A stretch of DNA of 64,000 nt from Podarcis pityusensis. Its lineage: Eukaryota. The notes under the pieces are model-generated. The model was not told the DNA's origin. It made no database searches and saw only the letters and a program-made list of their open reading frames with translations. Below are positions 62,917-64,000 of this stretch, piece after piece. The translations under genes and the position numbers were made by a program. The stretch lies in the NCBI GenBank assembly GCA_964106645.2, contig OZ067043.1. One strand, written 5' to 3'. The stretch's first letter is position 1, and every line of letters starts with the position of its first letter.

Positions 62917-64000
62917 ATGAGATTTATTTGTGCTTAATTCAGCAAGTTGTTTCAGAGCAGAAAACTGGCTAATATAAAATTACCCAAGATGTTATCTGCA
63001 AGCAGTTCTCCATAAATGTTTTGGGATTAATAGGCTAAAAATACAGAAAAAGCAGACACATGCCAAAAATAAATATTCAGTAACACCACAAGCATAGCTG
63101 TTTACATCTGGAAATCCCAGTTGCCTGTTGAGTTTGTGACTCTGTTTGCAAAATGTAAGCCTCAGTTAGCCAAGGTCATTAACTGTTCAGTACTACTTCC
63201 TGCATTAATCATCTTCAGGGTATATGTAAAAGAATCTGTGGGTTTGGAGGAGAATTTAAGGCAACAGTAAGCAATTCACACTATTTTACTGGGGAAAAGG
63301 GGTGGATGCTACTAGTGTGTCTGGTACAGGATTTGGCATCCTATAAACTTGGGCAATTATTCACGATGGGGGGGGGGGAGTTTCATGGTAGCCCAGCGTA
63401 GGTTTACACTAATGGTGTAATACACCATCTGCTGTAATTTCTCTTCAAGCAGAGTTCTAGCCTAGCATATGGAAGAGATCAACCCCGTTTACCTTTCTCA
63501 AAAGCATTTTGAGTTCTTAGTTGCAGTTTTCCTTGGGATCCACTTGAGAGAAAAACTCCAGCACTTCTGAAGAGTAGGGCAACTAGTGTGGGAGGCCAAA
63601 TCAATTCTCCAAGGTAGCACAAGCAGTAGGACTTTCACTGCAGACTTTCAGGGGCAATAGAGAAACAAGTGAATCACACCCACCCACACCCCTTGCTAGG
63701 GCTCTTTAGCACATAGTTATTAGACATTAAAATGAAGAAGTTGGATCACCCTCATGGTATGAACTAAGCTGAAAGTTGCAACCCTTTGATAATAGATATA
63801 TTGCTTTTATATCCTCCCCTTTTGAATTAGATGCTTTGTATTTGCTATTGGTTTTATTTAAACAAATTAAGTTTAAAAAATTGCTAAAATGTGTCCTTGA
63901 ACTCATGCTTGTCTGGATGGGGGATAGAGAGGAGAAAGTGAGGGAGTTTAGAAACTAAACTGCTGCACATTGGTAAAATGTACATTTGTTCCTTCACTCA

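Noticed and set aside
55803-64000. Search for the next RNF220 exons (ITEDSAVTT..., RING)
   Set aside because: No matching exon found, so they are presumed to lie beyond the window.

Overview
Vertebrate genomic DNA, most likely a squamate (lacertid-like) lizard judging by the SINE/LINE/MITE repertoire. The whole window lies inside one gene on the + strand, the E3 ubiquitin ligase RNF220. Eight internal coding exons splice with consistent phases (5762-5857, 13373-13415, 24002-24045/24123, 25896-26028, 48772-48868, 49544-49630, 51981-52036, 55724-55802). The N-terminal exons and the RING-encoding exons are outside the window. Main points: (1) a probable U12 minor-spliceosome intron (48869-49543) with an atypical GTATCATTT donor; (2) an intragenic CpG-island promoter (~12050-12850) whose candidate first exon has an ATG in frame with RNF220 but interrupted by one TGA; (3) competing 5' splice sites that add or remove a 26-aa C2HC zinc finger; (4) a perfect 55-bp inverted repeat in an intron; (5) an antisense CpG-rich LTR-like element, young hAT and Tc1/mariner-superfamily MITEs with intact TSDs, and several motif-rich non-repetitive intronic blocks (PBX-HOX, MEIS, ONECUT) that look like enhancers. 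Nearly all ORFs in the supplied track are spurious. Repeat family names come from recognition only, not from a database search.
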